A program made the translations under genes and the position numbers. The notes under the pieces were generated by a model. The model saw only the letters and a list, made by a program, of their open reading frames with translations. It did no database searches and was not told where the DNA came from. A stretch of 64,000 nt of DNA from a virus (Duplodnaviria > Caudoviricetes), in IMG/VR virus record IMGVR_UViG_3300048927_000140, positions 447 through 64,446 of that record. One strand, given 5' to 3'. How positions within the stretch are numbered: position 1 is the stretch's first letter; each line of letters starts with the position of its first letter. Shown piece by piece: positions 18,540 through 27,931 of the stretch.

Positions 18540-19340
18540 ATGAACATCAATACTCAAGGCATCAACACCGTAACCGCGTCGATCACCGACTACGAACTCA
18601 TCACCGCCAAGCTGGCGCGTGTTGTCGTGGCCTTCACGGGCAACCAGACCAAAGCCGAGTTGGCTGAGACCCTGGCCAAGCAGATGGGCTACATGGGACG
18701 TCCTGTCGAGAACTCGTTCCGCATGCTCAAGGCCAGCGCCAATGGCAAAGGCGGCGTCGCCATCGGCTATGTGCGCGCCAACCAAGAACTGCGTCCGACC
18801 GACGATAAGGAAGTCCGTGCCAACTACAAGGTAATGGGCTCCAACATCCTGATGAGCAACGAAGACCGCACCCTGTGGGAAGTCAAGACCGGCGCCAGCG
18901 GCATGTTCTTGGCTCGCAAAGGTCAGGAAGATCTGGGCGATCTGGTGGAGGCCTGCGTCAACCGTCGTTCGGACGTGCCGCGCCTGAATCAAGTGGTGAG
19001 TGCCGGCGTTGCTGCACCTCGTGAATTCGTCGCCTACGCTTCGGCTTCGGGCGACATGGACTACGGCTTCTGCATCAAGGCCTCGAAAGATGGCACCAAG
19101 CTCAAGGTCGTGAGCTCCACCAGCGGCCGCGAGGAAGTTATCCATTCCAAGCAGGTGGCGTCGGCTCTGCCGAAAGACGCTGTAGCGATCCCGCGTGAAA
19201 CCCACAACAAGATCTTGGCTAGCGGCATCTCGCGTGAAGACGTGAACCAGCAGACCGAGTACTACAACCGTCTGTACTTCTACAACCCGTCGTACCTCGC
19301 GGAAGTCATCCGTCAGGTAGAAGACACGGCTGCCATGTAA
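18540..19340 (+). CDS. Abundant putative virion structural protein
   Basis: TAAGGAG RBS before ATG 18540; strongly biased codons; last gene of the late operon. Confidence 0.65.
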   Translation: MNINTQGINTVTASITDYELITAKLARVVVAFTGNQTKAELAETLAKQMGYMGRPVENSFRMLKASANGKGGVAIGYVRANQELRPTDDKEVRANYKVMGSNILMSNEDRTLWEVKTGASGMFLARKGQEDLGDLVEACVNRRSDVPRLNQVVSAGVAAPREFVAYASASGDMDYGFCIKASKDGTKLKVVSSTSGREEVIHSKQVASALPKDAVAIPRETHNKILASGISREDVNQQTEYYNRLYFYNPSYLAEVIRQVEDTAAM

Positions 19341-19361
19341 CATCATTGGTATAGGCCAAAC

Positions 19362-19408
19362 AAAGGCTGCATTCCTTTTCACGGGAATGCAGCCTTTTTC
19401 ACGTCTGT
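19362..19408. terminator. Terminator at the convergence of the late and replication blocks
   Basis: 14-bp stem AAAGGCTGCATTCC/GGAATGCAGCCTTT followed by TTCACGTCTGT. Confidence 0.8.
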
Positions 19409-19507
19409 ACGCTTTCCACAGTATCGCACGTGGGTTGCACAGTAGACGCTGAAATAGCGCCGCTAGGACGTGTTTTAGAGCGTCCTAGCATGGTCCTGCG
19501 GACTGGT

Positions 19508-19933
19508 TTAGCGCTTGCCTTTCTTTGCCGCTTTCTTGGCCGGAGCAGGTGCTGGGACTGCCTTCAAGCCGGCTTTGCGGGTCTTGGCCTTGGATTCTGG
19601 CTTTGCAGTCTGGTCACCGTTCTCGGGTGCTGCGGCCAGAGCCTGGGCTTCAGCCAGAGCCTGGGCTTCGGCGATGCGTTCTTCGTTACCGGTCACGATG
19701 ATCGTGTTCAGAACGGCCTGGAGGTTCTGCTGCGCGTTCTGGTAGTTCAGCGTGTTCAGGATGTTCATGTCCTGAACGCCCTGATGATAGAAGTGACGGA
19801 ACTGGTTCACCTGATCCGGCGTGAAGACCTTGCGCCATTTAGGATTCATGATGGTCAGGGCCTTCTCAAAGCCCACGGTAACAATCTGCTGTTGAGCCTG
19901 TGCGGCTTGTTGGTCTTGTGCTTCTTGGGTCAT
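19508..19933 (-). CDS. Hypothetical protein with histone-H1-like Lys/Ala tail
   Basis: GGAG RBS before MTQEAQ; ends PAPAKKAAKKGKR. Confidence 0.6.
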   Translation of the reverse strand: MTQEAQDQQAAQAQQQIVTVGFEKALTIMNPKWRKVFTPDQVNQFRHFYHQGVQDMNILNTLNYQNAQQNLQAVLNTIIVTGNEERIAEAQALAEAQALAAAPENGDQTAKPESKAKTRKAGLKAVPAPAPAKKAAKKGKR

Positions 19934-19963
19934 ACATTTCTCCATAGTGGAAGGGTTAAGGCC

Positions 19964-21331
19964 TCAAACATCTGAGGCCAGGTTTTGCAAGGTGTCCTTG
20001 CGTTTCTTTTTGCCGTCTTTCGCCGACACATCGATGGATCCGAGACTGCTGTCCTCATCGGCAGCGCTCATATCCATGGAATGAATCTGCATCTTGGCAT
20101 AATCGATCTTGACGTAGAACGGGAACGCCATCGAGTTACGCGACTTTGGCTGCTCAATGCGTGTAACGCCAGTCTCTTTCGATTCTGGTGTGGCCATCCA
20201 CGTCCATGCCAATGACGAGTGCTCGGCAATGGCACGCGAATACTTGATCTTACCGTCGTCGGTCAGCTGGCTCAACATAATGTTGGCCCGACCAGTGTTC
20301 TCCGCGTTGATCTTGCCGTAACGCGCTACCTGTCCGAGGGCGCGAACTTGGTCGTCACCGTCCACACCTTTGAGCAAGCCGATGTAGTCGATGATGTTGA
20401 TATCGGCCTCATAGGCCGCGGTGGCCGCGAACACCTCCTCGATGGTCTCGTCCTGCTCTGGCTTGTAGATTGTCAAGCGACCGCCAGCCTGCTTCACCTT
20501 CTTCAGCCACTTGCGGAACTTCTTACGGATGCGATCTCTGTCACCCGTGGCCAGACGTTGCAGCCACAGGTCGGAGAAGTCAACGCCGCACACTGAGGCC
20601 ATCAGACGCGTGGTCATTTCCTTCTTCGACATTTCCAGAGGTACGAGTACAACTTTGTAGCCCTGGGAGGCAAAGTTCTTGGCCAGCACTGTGGCCATGA
20701 TCGACTTACCGCCACCGCTGTTGGCGCCGATGGTGAACAGCGCACCACGATACACACCGCCGCTTACACTGTCGAACGATTCGATCCCTGTGGGAATAAC
20801 GTCTACCGAGTTGTCGTCGTACAGAATGCTGTCGACGGTCTTCATAGAATTGTTGTTCTTGCCGAAGTGCAGGAACGATTCATCCGTCGCCTTTTTCGCT
20901 CGGATGACCGAGATCGCAGAGGTCGCACGATGCAGCAGACCATCAATGTCGACCTTTGGGGCTTTCAACTGATTGGAGAGATCGACCGCCAGATTGTAGA
21001 CGCCACGGCGCTTGCGATATTTCTCCAGATTGGAGACCGCCTTCTTGGCTTCGGCTGTCGTTGTGACGGCGGTGGCCTGGGACTCGCGCATGTGATCGCG
21101 TGCTTCCTTACTCAGGTCTGGGTCTTCGATCAACAGACGGTAGCTCGGGCTCTCGCCTGTGTCGGCCATGATCCGATTGATGACCTGATAGAGTTCGACT
21201 GACTCTGGACTATGGAAGTACGACTCGTCAACGCCCGCTAGTAGGGCGCCTGCGATCTTCTTGTCCTTACTACACATTCCCCTAAGAACGGCGAGCTCCG
21301 CCTTAGGACTGACTAGCTTTAACTGGCTCAT
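19964..21331 (-). CDS. dnaB: Replicative DnaB-family helicase
   Basis: AELAVL N-terminus, IPTGI..FD, GANSGGGKS Walker A, LEMS, IIDYIGL, LSQL. Confidence 0.9.
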   Translation of the reverse strand: MSQLKLVSPKAELAVLRGMCSKDKKIAGALLAGVDESYFHSPESVELYQVINRIMADTGESPSYRLLIEDPDLSKEARDHMRESQATAVTTTAEAKKAVSNLEKYRKRRGVYNLAVDLSNQLKAPKVDIDGLLHRATSAISVIRAKKATDESFLHFGKNNNSMKTVDSILYDDNSVDVIPTGIESFDSVSGGVYRGALFTIGANSGGGKSIMATVLAKNFASQGYKVVLVPLEMSKKEMTTRLMASVCGVDFSDLWLQRLATGDRDRIRKKFRKWLKKVKQAGGRLTIYKPEQDETIEEVFAATAAYEADINIIDYIGLLKGVDGDDQVRALGQVARYGKINAENTGRANIMLSQLTDDGKIKYSRAIAEHSSLAWTWMATPESKETGVTRIEQPKSRNSMAFPFYVKIDYAKMQIHSMDMSAADEDSSLGSIDVSAKDGKKKRKDTLQNLASDV

Positions 21332-22003
21332 TTAAACGACCTCGATCTTGGACTTGATTATGGCCTCACAGAAGTAAGCCAAGCCGTGTACCGGCACGTG
21401 CAGGCGCGTGCTGACAAACGACATTGGATCCGCACCCGCTATGACAATGATGCGAGGCACGTTGGGGTAGGCTTCTAGAATGTCTCGCGCCTTTTCCAAC
21501 TTCGTGTTCGTGGACTGCGGCGTCAGACCGCACAGCACGATCATTGTCGGACGCGCTCTGTTCGTGTCTAGGTACGGATTGTCGAATCCTCCGGTCAGCT
21601 GAATCCACCAGGGGTTCGCATCTGATCCCAGCTTGCGGCAGTGCTTGTCCATCAGATATGCGGCGAACAGCTTTGCCTTTGTGTCGTCAGGATTGCCTGA
21701 CACTCCGTAGATCATGGGTAGCGATGGCTTCTTCATGAACTGCACCAAGGACTGATCTTGTATCCCGGCCTCAATAAATTTCTCGTTCAGTTCGTCAGAC
21801 TGGGTGGCGAAGGCTTCTGGCCTCCACTTGAATGCCGTCTGCCGCCAGACAGAGCCCGGCACCGTCTGGCCAACTGTACCGCTCTTGGCTACTTCGATTC
21901 GTACAGGCAGATCGTCTTCGTCCACAGGACGTCGTGCTGCTACCTGCTTGACTACTGCTGCTTTCTTTCCAGGTTTCCCTTTTCCGGGCTTGATAAAGTC
22001 CAT
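21332..22003 (-). CDS. Degenerate P-loop protein, possible helicase loader
   Basis: AGGAGG RBS; abuts dnaB; alpha/beta pattern with YGVSGNPDDTKAK where a Walker A would lie. Confidence 0.45.
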   Translation of the reverse strand: MDFIKPGKGKPGKKAAVVKQVAARRPVDEDDLPVRIEVAKSGTVGQTVPGSVWRQTAFKWRPEAFATQSDELNEKFIEAGIQDQSLVQFMKKPSLPMIYGVSGNPDDTKAKLFAAYLMDKHCRKLGSDANPWWIQLTGGFDNPYLDTNRARPTMIVLCGLTPQSTNTKLEKARDILEAYPNVPRIIVIAGADPMSFVSTRLHVPVHGLAYFCEAIIKSKIEVV

Positions 22004-22017
22004 ACAACCTCCTGCTT

Positions 22018-22335
22018 CTATTTACTGCCGCCTTCAAGATCGCAGACCTCGAAATGCTCTTTCAACAGCGCGACGTAGAACTCCGGCACCTGATCGTCGA
22101 TGAACAATCGCGTACCTTTGACGAGACAGCGCCGCAGCATTACGAACGAGCGCACGGTATAGGTACGCGCTTGCACCAGATAGACGTCGAGACCTCGATC
22201 TAGCTGGGCGCACACTCGTTCGTGGACCGGATCTTTCAAGTCCAGTAGCACGTTGGCCTTGGTATAGCTCATCGGCGTGAGTATCTCCGAGACCGCGTGC
22301 TTCTCTTTGTGATCGAACACAAGCGCGTATTCCAT
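22018..22335 (-). CDS. Hypothetical protein
   Basis: MEYALVF start coupled (TAATG) to the upstream ORF. Confidence 0.55.
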   Translation of the reverse strand: MEYALVFDHKEKHAVSEILTPMSYTKANVLLDLKDPVHERVCAQLDRGLDVYLVQARTYTVRSFVMLRRCLVKGTRLFIDDQVPEFYVALLKEHFEVCDLEGGSK

Positions 22336-22547
22336 TATTTTCCTTTCGGTGGTCTCACAACCATTCCGACTTCCATACCGGGCCGCGCGGGGCCTCTGGA
22401 CTCCAGACCTGTGCATACGTATGGAGCGCCGTCGATCACCACAGGACTACCCAGCAGCGACGTTGGCTTGACCTTCATGGGCAGAGTGACGAAGAATATC
22501 TTACCTCGACCTCTGGCCTCAAAACTTCCTTTGCTCTTGAATATCAT
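22335..22547 (-). CDS. Hypothetical protein (70 aa)
   Basis: AGGAG RBS; tight packing. Confidence 0.55.
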   Translation of the reverse strand: MIFKSKGSFEARGRGKIFFVTLPMKVKPTSLLGSPVVIDGAPYVCTGLESRGPARPGMEVGMVVRPPKGK

Positions 22548-22574
22548 GCTGACTCCTATAAAGGCGGGTGCGCA

Positions 22575-24119
22575 TCATAGCTCCCAGTTGGCGTGACCCT
22601 CAGGCGTTCTGGCGCTGAGATAGGACTTCATGACCTTCATGTCCACGTCGCTGACGATTGGCTTGAACTTTGGCAGAATGCACTTGAACCACTCGTTACG
22701 CAAACAGCTTTTCCGCACCTCGTACTCGTCGAGGAAGATGCGAACACCTGGCGGTGGTTTGTCATCCCAAGGGGTCAGCACGCGGGCAATGCGTTGCTGG
22801 CAGTTCTCCAGATTGGAACTCATGGCCACTTCGTAGATCATGGATGCGCGAGGAATGTTCGTGCCAACGCTCACTAGCTTTGAGTTGCCGACCAGAATGC
22901 GAGCCTTATAGTTTCGGGCATCCTGAATCAGTTGCTTGCGCTTGTCCTTCTTTAAGCCGCCCCAGAACGGATGAGCCATGCGCTTGCCCACCATCTTGTT
23001 GATGGCCATGGCCAAGGCTTTGATAGGCGCGACTTGACTGAGAGGGATCAGAACCATGTGGCCGGCCTTCGCATCCTTGATCGCCCACTTAGCAATCAGC
23101 TTTAAACGAGCAGGATCGGTCTCCAACTGCTTAACCAGTGTGGTCCAAAGAGGACGTCCCTTAGACTTCGGACGTCGGAACTCCGTACGTACCAAAGAGA
23201 TGCGAGGACGCAGTTGTTCGACCTTGGCCTCGAACAGAATGGGGCCGAACAACGAGTCGGCGATTACCATGCGACCGTCTTTGCGACTTGGAGTGCCGCT
23301 AAGACCGATGCGGTATCTGGTGTTCAACTTGGAGACAGCAGACGCATACTTCTGGGCCGCGCTCATGTGCACCTCGTCCACGACCAGGACTTGGAACATA
23401 TCCCTGATCTTCTTCAACAGCTTTTGGCCACGCTCGTTGTGGAACGTCTGCACCGTGACCAGGCACACATCGTACTTCTCGAACTCTTCCAGCGTACGTG
23501 CAAAGCCGACCTGGGATTTCTTGGCGTTAGTAAGCGGCTTCTGAGTCTCCGAGCCACAGAACGTCTCGTAGAAGCCGTCCAGCCACTCGCGCTGTGCTGC
23601 CATGATTATTGTCTTGCCGCCTATTTCGCATATAGCCGCGGTGCTCAACACCGTCTTACCGCTACGGGGTGGCGCTTTCACAATGCCGAACTTAGTCTTC
23701 TTGATCTCATCTACGGCTTCGCGTTGATAGTCACGAAGCTCGCCGGTGAACTTGATCTTGCGGCTCATCTCTGTCTTCGGGCGCTTCGACTTGAAGACCA
23801 ACTCACGATCCTTGAACATGGCTTTGATGCCCTTGCGGTCGCCGGCCGGAATCGAGATGTACTTGTTCTGTCCGATCACCATTTCTTTGGCCAGACTCAC
23901 GCCGCCCTTGAAGGCCGCGCACTGCGGACATTGATCCGACAGACCACTTTCACTGTTCTGTCGATCTTCGTTGAACTCGCAGGATTCGCATATCTGCCCG
24001 TCTTTCTCGAAGAACAGGTGCGTGTGTTTCTGCATTATCGCATCAACGTCGGTTGGCTTAATGTCCTTCTTGCGAATGAAGAACGCCTCCCTGCTTATGA
24101 CCTTAAGTTCCTTCGCCAT
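22575..24119 (-). CDS. UvsW/XPB-like SF2 DNA helicase with N-terminal CxxC..CxxC
   Basis: LRDYQ, APPRSGKT, VVDEVH, GLSGTP.RKDG, VGTNIP, QRIARVL. Confidence 0.85.
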   Translation of the reverse strand: MAKELKVISREAFFIRKKDIKPTDVDAIMQKHTHLFFEKDGQICESCEFNEDRQNSESGLSDQCPQCAAFKGGVSLAKEMVIGQNKYISIPAGDRKGIKAMFKDRELVFKSKRPKTEMSRKIKFTGELRDYQREAVDEIKKTKFGIVKAPPRSGKTVLSTAAICEIGGKTIIMAAQREWLDGFYETFCGSETQKPLTNAKKSQVGFARTLEEFEKYDVCLVTVQTFHNERGQKLLKKIRDMFQVLVVDEVHMSAAQKYASAVSKLNTRYRIGLSGTPSRKDGRMVIADSLFGPILFEAKVEQLRPRISLVRTEFRRPKSKGRPLWTTLVKQLETDPARLKLIAKWAIKDAKAGHMVLIPLSQVAPIKALAMAINKMVGKRMAHPFWGGLKKDKRKQLIQDARNYKARILVGNSKLVSVGTNIPRASMIYEVAMSSNLENCQQRIARVLTPWDDKPPPGVRIFLDEYEVRKSCLRNEWFKCILPKFKPIVSDVDMKVMKSYLSARTPEGHANWEL

Positions 24120-24423
24120 CGCGTCCCCAATTATTCTCTGCGCATGGACCAAGCGTCCAGCCGCCTCGCTTGTACAGCAGGTGAAGACCTACCACGTTCT
24201 TTTCTTCGTCCGTGAGTTCGACCAAGCTGAATCTCTTGTGACTCAGGTGGTCGACAAACATCCTACGGACCAAAGGACAGTCGGTGGCTTCAACGGCCAC
24301 CAAGTCGGACCCGCGACTCTCGCACGTCTCGGCCACAAAATTCGCAGCCCTACTGAGCTCCGACTCGGTGGCCTCCATGGTCAGCACGTTTCGCTGAGGG
24401 CCCCATTGTATTTGAATCTTCAT
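24103..24423 (-). CDS. Hypothetical protein
   Basis: AAGGAG RBS; operon packing. Confidence 0.55.
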   Translation of the reverse strand: MKIQIQWGPQRNVLTMEATESELSRAANFVAETCESRGSDLVAVEATDCPLVRRMFVDHLSHKRFSLVELTDEEKNVVGLHLLYKRGGWTLGPCAENNWGRDGEGT

Positions 24424-24432
24424 AGACGCTCC

Positions 24433-24957
24433 TTAGATTACCTTGCCGGCTTTGGACGACTCCAGCAACTTCAGGATGTCGGTCATATTGGACAGATGAT
24501 ACCCGGACTTGTCGATATCCTCGATGAAGCTGTCCAAGGCTTTGATGAAAGCCTGACCCTCACTCTGAATCTCAAGGGCGCGTGCAATCATCGTCTCGGT
24601 AAAGGCCTTGCGGGCGCCGACCGTGGTAAATCGCTTGTTGATCTCGGTGCTAAAGTTGGTGAGCATCGAATACTTCATGGCGTCGCACGCCTCTTTCAGA
24701 ATGTCGATCTGCTTGGATGCTCGAACCCTGATCTCTACCAAGCGGGATCTTGCACCCATGTCGTTCGACGAGGCGTCCAGCAGTGCTTTCGGCGAGTAGC
24801 GACGATCTCCATAGAGCTTGCGCGACGTGCGCCCGCTGTGTAGAGCCTGCGCTTCCTCGAAGTCCTTGTCGATATTGAGACGGGCTTCAACCTGAGCCAC
24901 AACTTTCCTGAACTTCCGATAGTCACCAGACTCGCGGATATCTGATTTAATTCCCAT
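24433..24957 (-). CDS. Helical protein, possibly UvsY-like recombination mediator
   Basis: All-helical 174 aa near the UvsW-like helicase; function inferred from position and composition only. Confidence 0.45.
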   Translation of the reverse strand: MGIKSDIRESGDYRKFRKVVAQVEARLNIDKDFEEAQALHSGRTSRKLYGDRRYSPKALLDASSNDMGARSRLVEIRVRASKQIDILKEACDAMKYSMLTNFSTEINKRFTTVGARKAFTETMIARALEIQSEGQAFIKALDSFIEDIDKSGYHLSNMTDILKLLESSKAGKVI

Positions 24958-25329
24958 CTACTGCTCCTCGAATACTGTGGCCAGCTCTGGATTGACCAAA
25001 GGGCTTATGGCCAACGAGCCTTTGTTGGCGTAGTGAAAGACCACAAGATTTTCGTCCTTGACCAAGGTCTCGTACGCGGTTGCTGGACCTTTGTTACGGA
25101 GGTAGGTCATGAGATAGGACCCTCCGTTCTCAACCTCGAAACGAGTCTTGAAAAGGAAGCCCACACGTTGACTACCGACCAGCATGAAGTTGATATCGAA
25201 CATGCAGCTAACTGGGAGCGCTGGCCCCACCTGCAAGTCAGTGCCGGCCGCAAGATTTTGGGTCGGCAGCAAGAAAGCCCCGTCCACCTCGATGAAGGCG
25301 CCGGGGCGTACGTCGATCAGGATCTTCAT
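24958..25329 (-). CDS. Hypothetical protein
   Basis: Translationally coupled to the beta-clamp gene. Confidence 0.55.
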   Translation of the reverse strand: MKILIDVRPGAFIEVDGAFLLPTQNLAAGTDLQVGPALPVSCMFDINFMLVGSQRVGFLFKTRFEVENGGSYLMTYLRNKGPATAYETLVKDENLVVFHYANKGSLAISPLVNPELATVFEEQ

Positions 25330-26390
25330 TCTTGGTTCAGCGAAAGAATGATGGTCGAGGTCTTGAGATTGATGGCCAGGAACTCTCCCTTGACCAGCGT
25401 CATCTCCACAACATTGCCGGCCTTGCGCACCGCCTCATCAAGATACTCGAAGTCGATTGAGAACTCGCAGTTCTTGGCCTTGGTCTTCAAGGTGACCTTG
25501 GACGAACCCTGAACCGTGGTGACCTCGATCTTGAGTTTGCCGTCTTCGACCTTGGCCTTAATTTCGCTACGCTCTTTGGTAGCTACGGAACGCGAGTTGT
25601 CGAGGAACGCCAGAAGATCTTCCTTGTTGAGGCTGAGCGTCTGGCCCTTTGCTTCTTTGGCTGCGCGTGCAGTATCGATGACGTCCTTGATCGTCAGTTC
25701 GTTCTCTTCCTCTTGTGGGAGGCTGAGCACGACATTGACCAGCTTGTTGCCGACCTTGACGTTGGCCTTGCCCAGTTCGAGCACGAACGCATTGCCACCG
25801 AACGCGTCCAGCACGGCACTGAGAGTGTCTAGCGGCAGCTTGATCTCCATGTCGCCTTGCATCTCGCTACTGTTCAGGAACGCCATGTGGTTCACGTCGA
25901 AGCAGGCGACGAACGCGCCCTTCTTGCCGAGCTTGATACCGATGGGCATGAAGGTGGAGAGTAGTGCCGTAGGCTTGAGGGCTACTGTCGTGACAGCGGC
26001 CTTGATCCACTGTGCCTGTTCGGTCGTGAACTCGATCTTCTGACCTTTCTCCTCCTCACCCTGCTCCATCTCCAGAGTGTCGACGGTCGCGAGGTCGCAG
26101 CGATAGCTGCCGGCCTTGATCTTGCACATGGCTTTGGAGAATTCGATCTCCAGTTCTTTGCGACCCTTAGTGGCGTCGCGCAAAGCATTCATTGCGATGG
26201 CGAACGCACCGCTCTTGCCACTAACGGTGGCCGGAATGTTGACCGAGCAACGTGCGGTCTCCGACGACGCTTGAATAAACACCTTCTTGCCGTTGCTACT
26301 GATTGTGACGTTGCCACTGTCTGGAGCGGCAAGACGTCCGATTACGCGGAGGGCTTCTTGTATTGCGGCGGACTCTGTTGTGAAGTTCAT
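25326..26390 (-). CDS. dnaN: DNA polymerase III beta-type sliding clamp
   Basis: About 354 aa three-domain pattern; MNFTTES...IQEALRVI start; G.F.I, ACFDVNHMA (cf. ATDGHRLA) and IDFEYLDEA (cf. FN.KYLLDA); AAGGAA RBS before ATG 26390. Confidence 0.75.
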   Translation of the reverse strand: MNFTTESAAIQEALRVIGRLAAPDSGNVTISSNGKKVFIQASSETARCSVNIPATVSGKSGAFAIAMNALRDATKGRKELEIEFSKAMCKIKAGSYRCDLATVDTLEMEQGEEEKGQKIEFTTEQAQWIKAAVTTVALKPTALLSTFMPIGIKLGKKGAFVACFDVNHMAFLNSSEMQGDMEIKLPLDTLSAVLDAFGGNAFVLELGKANVKVGNKLVNVVLSLPQEEENELTIKDVIDTARAAKEAKGQTLSLNKEDLLAFLDNSRSVATKERSEIKAKVEDGKLKIEVTTVQGSSKVTLKTKAKNCEFSIDFEYLDEAVRKAGNVVEMTLVKGEFLAINLKTSTIILSLNQE

Positions 26391-26415
26391 TGACGTTCCT
26401 TGAAGTGCAAAACTC

Positions 26416-26601
26416 TTATTTACTATCGGGGTCGAAGCGAACGATTCGCCAATAGGCAAACCAGAATAGGAGTAGAACGACCCATATCAGACCTATCGTG
26501 GCCTTGAGATCGAGCGTAGTCCATGCGTCTGGCGTAACTGCCGCGGCCCCGTATGTGGTAATCGTCAACAGCACAGCGAGGACTAATTTGCATGCAAGCA
26601 T
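26416..26601 (-). CDS. Small two-TM membrane protein
   Basis: AGGAG RBS; two hydrophobic segments. Confidence 0.55.
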   Translation of the reverse strand: MLACKLVLAVLLTITTYGAAAVTPDAWTTLDLKATIGLIWVVLLLFWFAYWRIVRFDPDSK

Positions 26602-26635
26602 TATCGTCTCCTGTTGAGGCTATTGTCTCGATGTT

Positions 26636-26668
26636 GGAATGAGAAAAGGCCCGCCACTAGGGCGAGCC
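26636..26668 (-). terminator. Intrinsic terminator
   Basis: Minus strand GGCTCGCC-CTAGT-GGCGGGCC-TTTTCTCATT. Confidence 0.65.
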
Positions 26669-26673
26669 GCGTC

Positions 26674-27540
26674 TTAGATGATGGTCAGCGTGAACTTGAC
26701 TGGCGTGCTGCCGCCATGGGTGTCTTTGACCAAGTAGTTGAACTCGTAGTCGCCGGCGCTGACGGGCTGCAACTTGATGATGCGCAACGTGTTGTACTCG
26801 ACCGAGCCCTGTGGCAGTGTGACAGGGAACGGCACGATGGTGGTCTTGAACTCGCCGCTGGCCGGATTGCTGACGATCTCGATTTTGAGGGGTTCGTAGC
26901 CGACGGTCTGCGCCTTGAACAGTTCGACCCAGTTGAAGTCGAAGAAGCCGCAGTCTGGCGCCATGTCAGCCATCGTCAGGGCCACCGCCCACTTCAAGCC
27001 TGCCGGAGTAACGACCGGCGGAGGCACCGCTGGGATGCCGCCACCGGCATTGGCGTTCATGCGCACGGTCAGGTCGGTAATCAGTGGGCCGCGATTGAAG
27101 CGGTAGCCTTGACCCTGGGTTGGCATGAACCATTGCAGGGCATACTGGGACTCGCGTGTGTCGATGAAACCGTGGAAGCCTAGCCACGGCTTGGTCTTCT
27201 CGTCGAGGTCATTGAAGACCGCAGCCATGTATTGCTCAACCCGATGGGTCGGCGAGCCCTGCACCAGCTGAGGCAGCGTGACCGTCGTGATAGGCAGCGG
27301 GCCTTCGGTCATGGTGAACGAGCGCTCGGTGCCGTCGAAGGTCGTGCTTGCAATCGAGAACCAGCCGACGATGGTGCCGTTGGTCATCAGTTGGTGGCCG
27401 GCGTCGTCCACTGGGCCGTTGCGATTGCCGACGATTACCGGAATGATGGTTTGAGTGGACGGGGCAGCCAGTGGCAGGCCCAATTGGTTACCGGCGCGAA
27501 CGCCGACACGATTCGCTTGTGCGAGAGTGGTCATGGTCAA
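26674..27540 (-). CDS. Putative virion structural protein with C-terminal Ig-like domain
   Basis: AAGGA RBS; beta-rich; ends GDYEFNYLVKDTHGGSTPVKFTLTI (Ig/cadherin-like). Confidence 0.6.
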   Translation of the reverse strand: MTMTTLAQANRVGVRAGNQLGLPLAAPSTQTIIPVIVGNRNGPVDDAGHQLMTNGTIVGWFSIASTTFDGTERSFTMTEGPLPITTVTLPQLVQGSPTHRVEQYMAAVFNDLDEKTKPWLGFHGFIDTRESQYALQWFMPTQGQGYRFNRGPLITDLTVRMNANAGGGIPAVPPPVVTPAGLKWAVALTMADMAPDCGFFDFNWVELFKAQTVGYEPLKIEIVSNPASGEFKTTIVPFPVTLPQGSVEYNTLRIIKLQPVSAGDYEFNYLVKDTHGGSTPVKFTLTII

Positions 27541-27545
27541 TCCTT

Positions 27546-27902
27546 TTAAGGTGTGGTGTCGATCTCGACTTTGACAAAGCGAAGCTCGGTACCACTACAG
27601 GTAACGAAGCACACGCAAGTGCCGGGGCTTGGATCGGGGACTGCTACAACACTGGGATCTGTAGGTTCGGTTGTATCAGGCAGCCGACTGGTGATGAAGG
27701 CTCGAATGCGAGCCGCCACATCCAGACCCTGAGACTGTACGGTATCGAACGGCAGGCTCAGAGCATGTGTAGGCAGCGTGTACAGTTCGACGTAACGCGC
27801 CGCCCACGGTGCGACGTAGTTCTGACCGTCGTAGATCAAGTCCGTATCAGCCACAGAAAGTACAGGAGTGGACTGATCCGGCATCACAATGGTGATAAGC
27901 AT
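27546..27902 (-). CDS. Putative small structural protein
   Basis: GGAGG RBS; CAATTT motif upstream. Confidence 0.55.
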   Translation of the reverse strand: MLITIVMPDQSTPVLSVADTDLIYDGQNYVAPWAARYVELYTLPTHALSLPFDTVQSQGLDVAARIRAFITSRLPDTTEPTDPSVVAVPDPSPGTCVCFVTCSGTELRFVKVEIDTTP

Positions 27903-27931
27903 GGGTCCTCCGAAAAGGTTAAATTGCGGGC

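Noticed and set aside
19448-19481. GTTTTAGAGC and GAAATAGC resembling Cas9 repeat/sgRNA scaffold fragments
   Set aside because: Only 8-10 nt matches, in the wrong order, with no repeat array; expected by chance.
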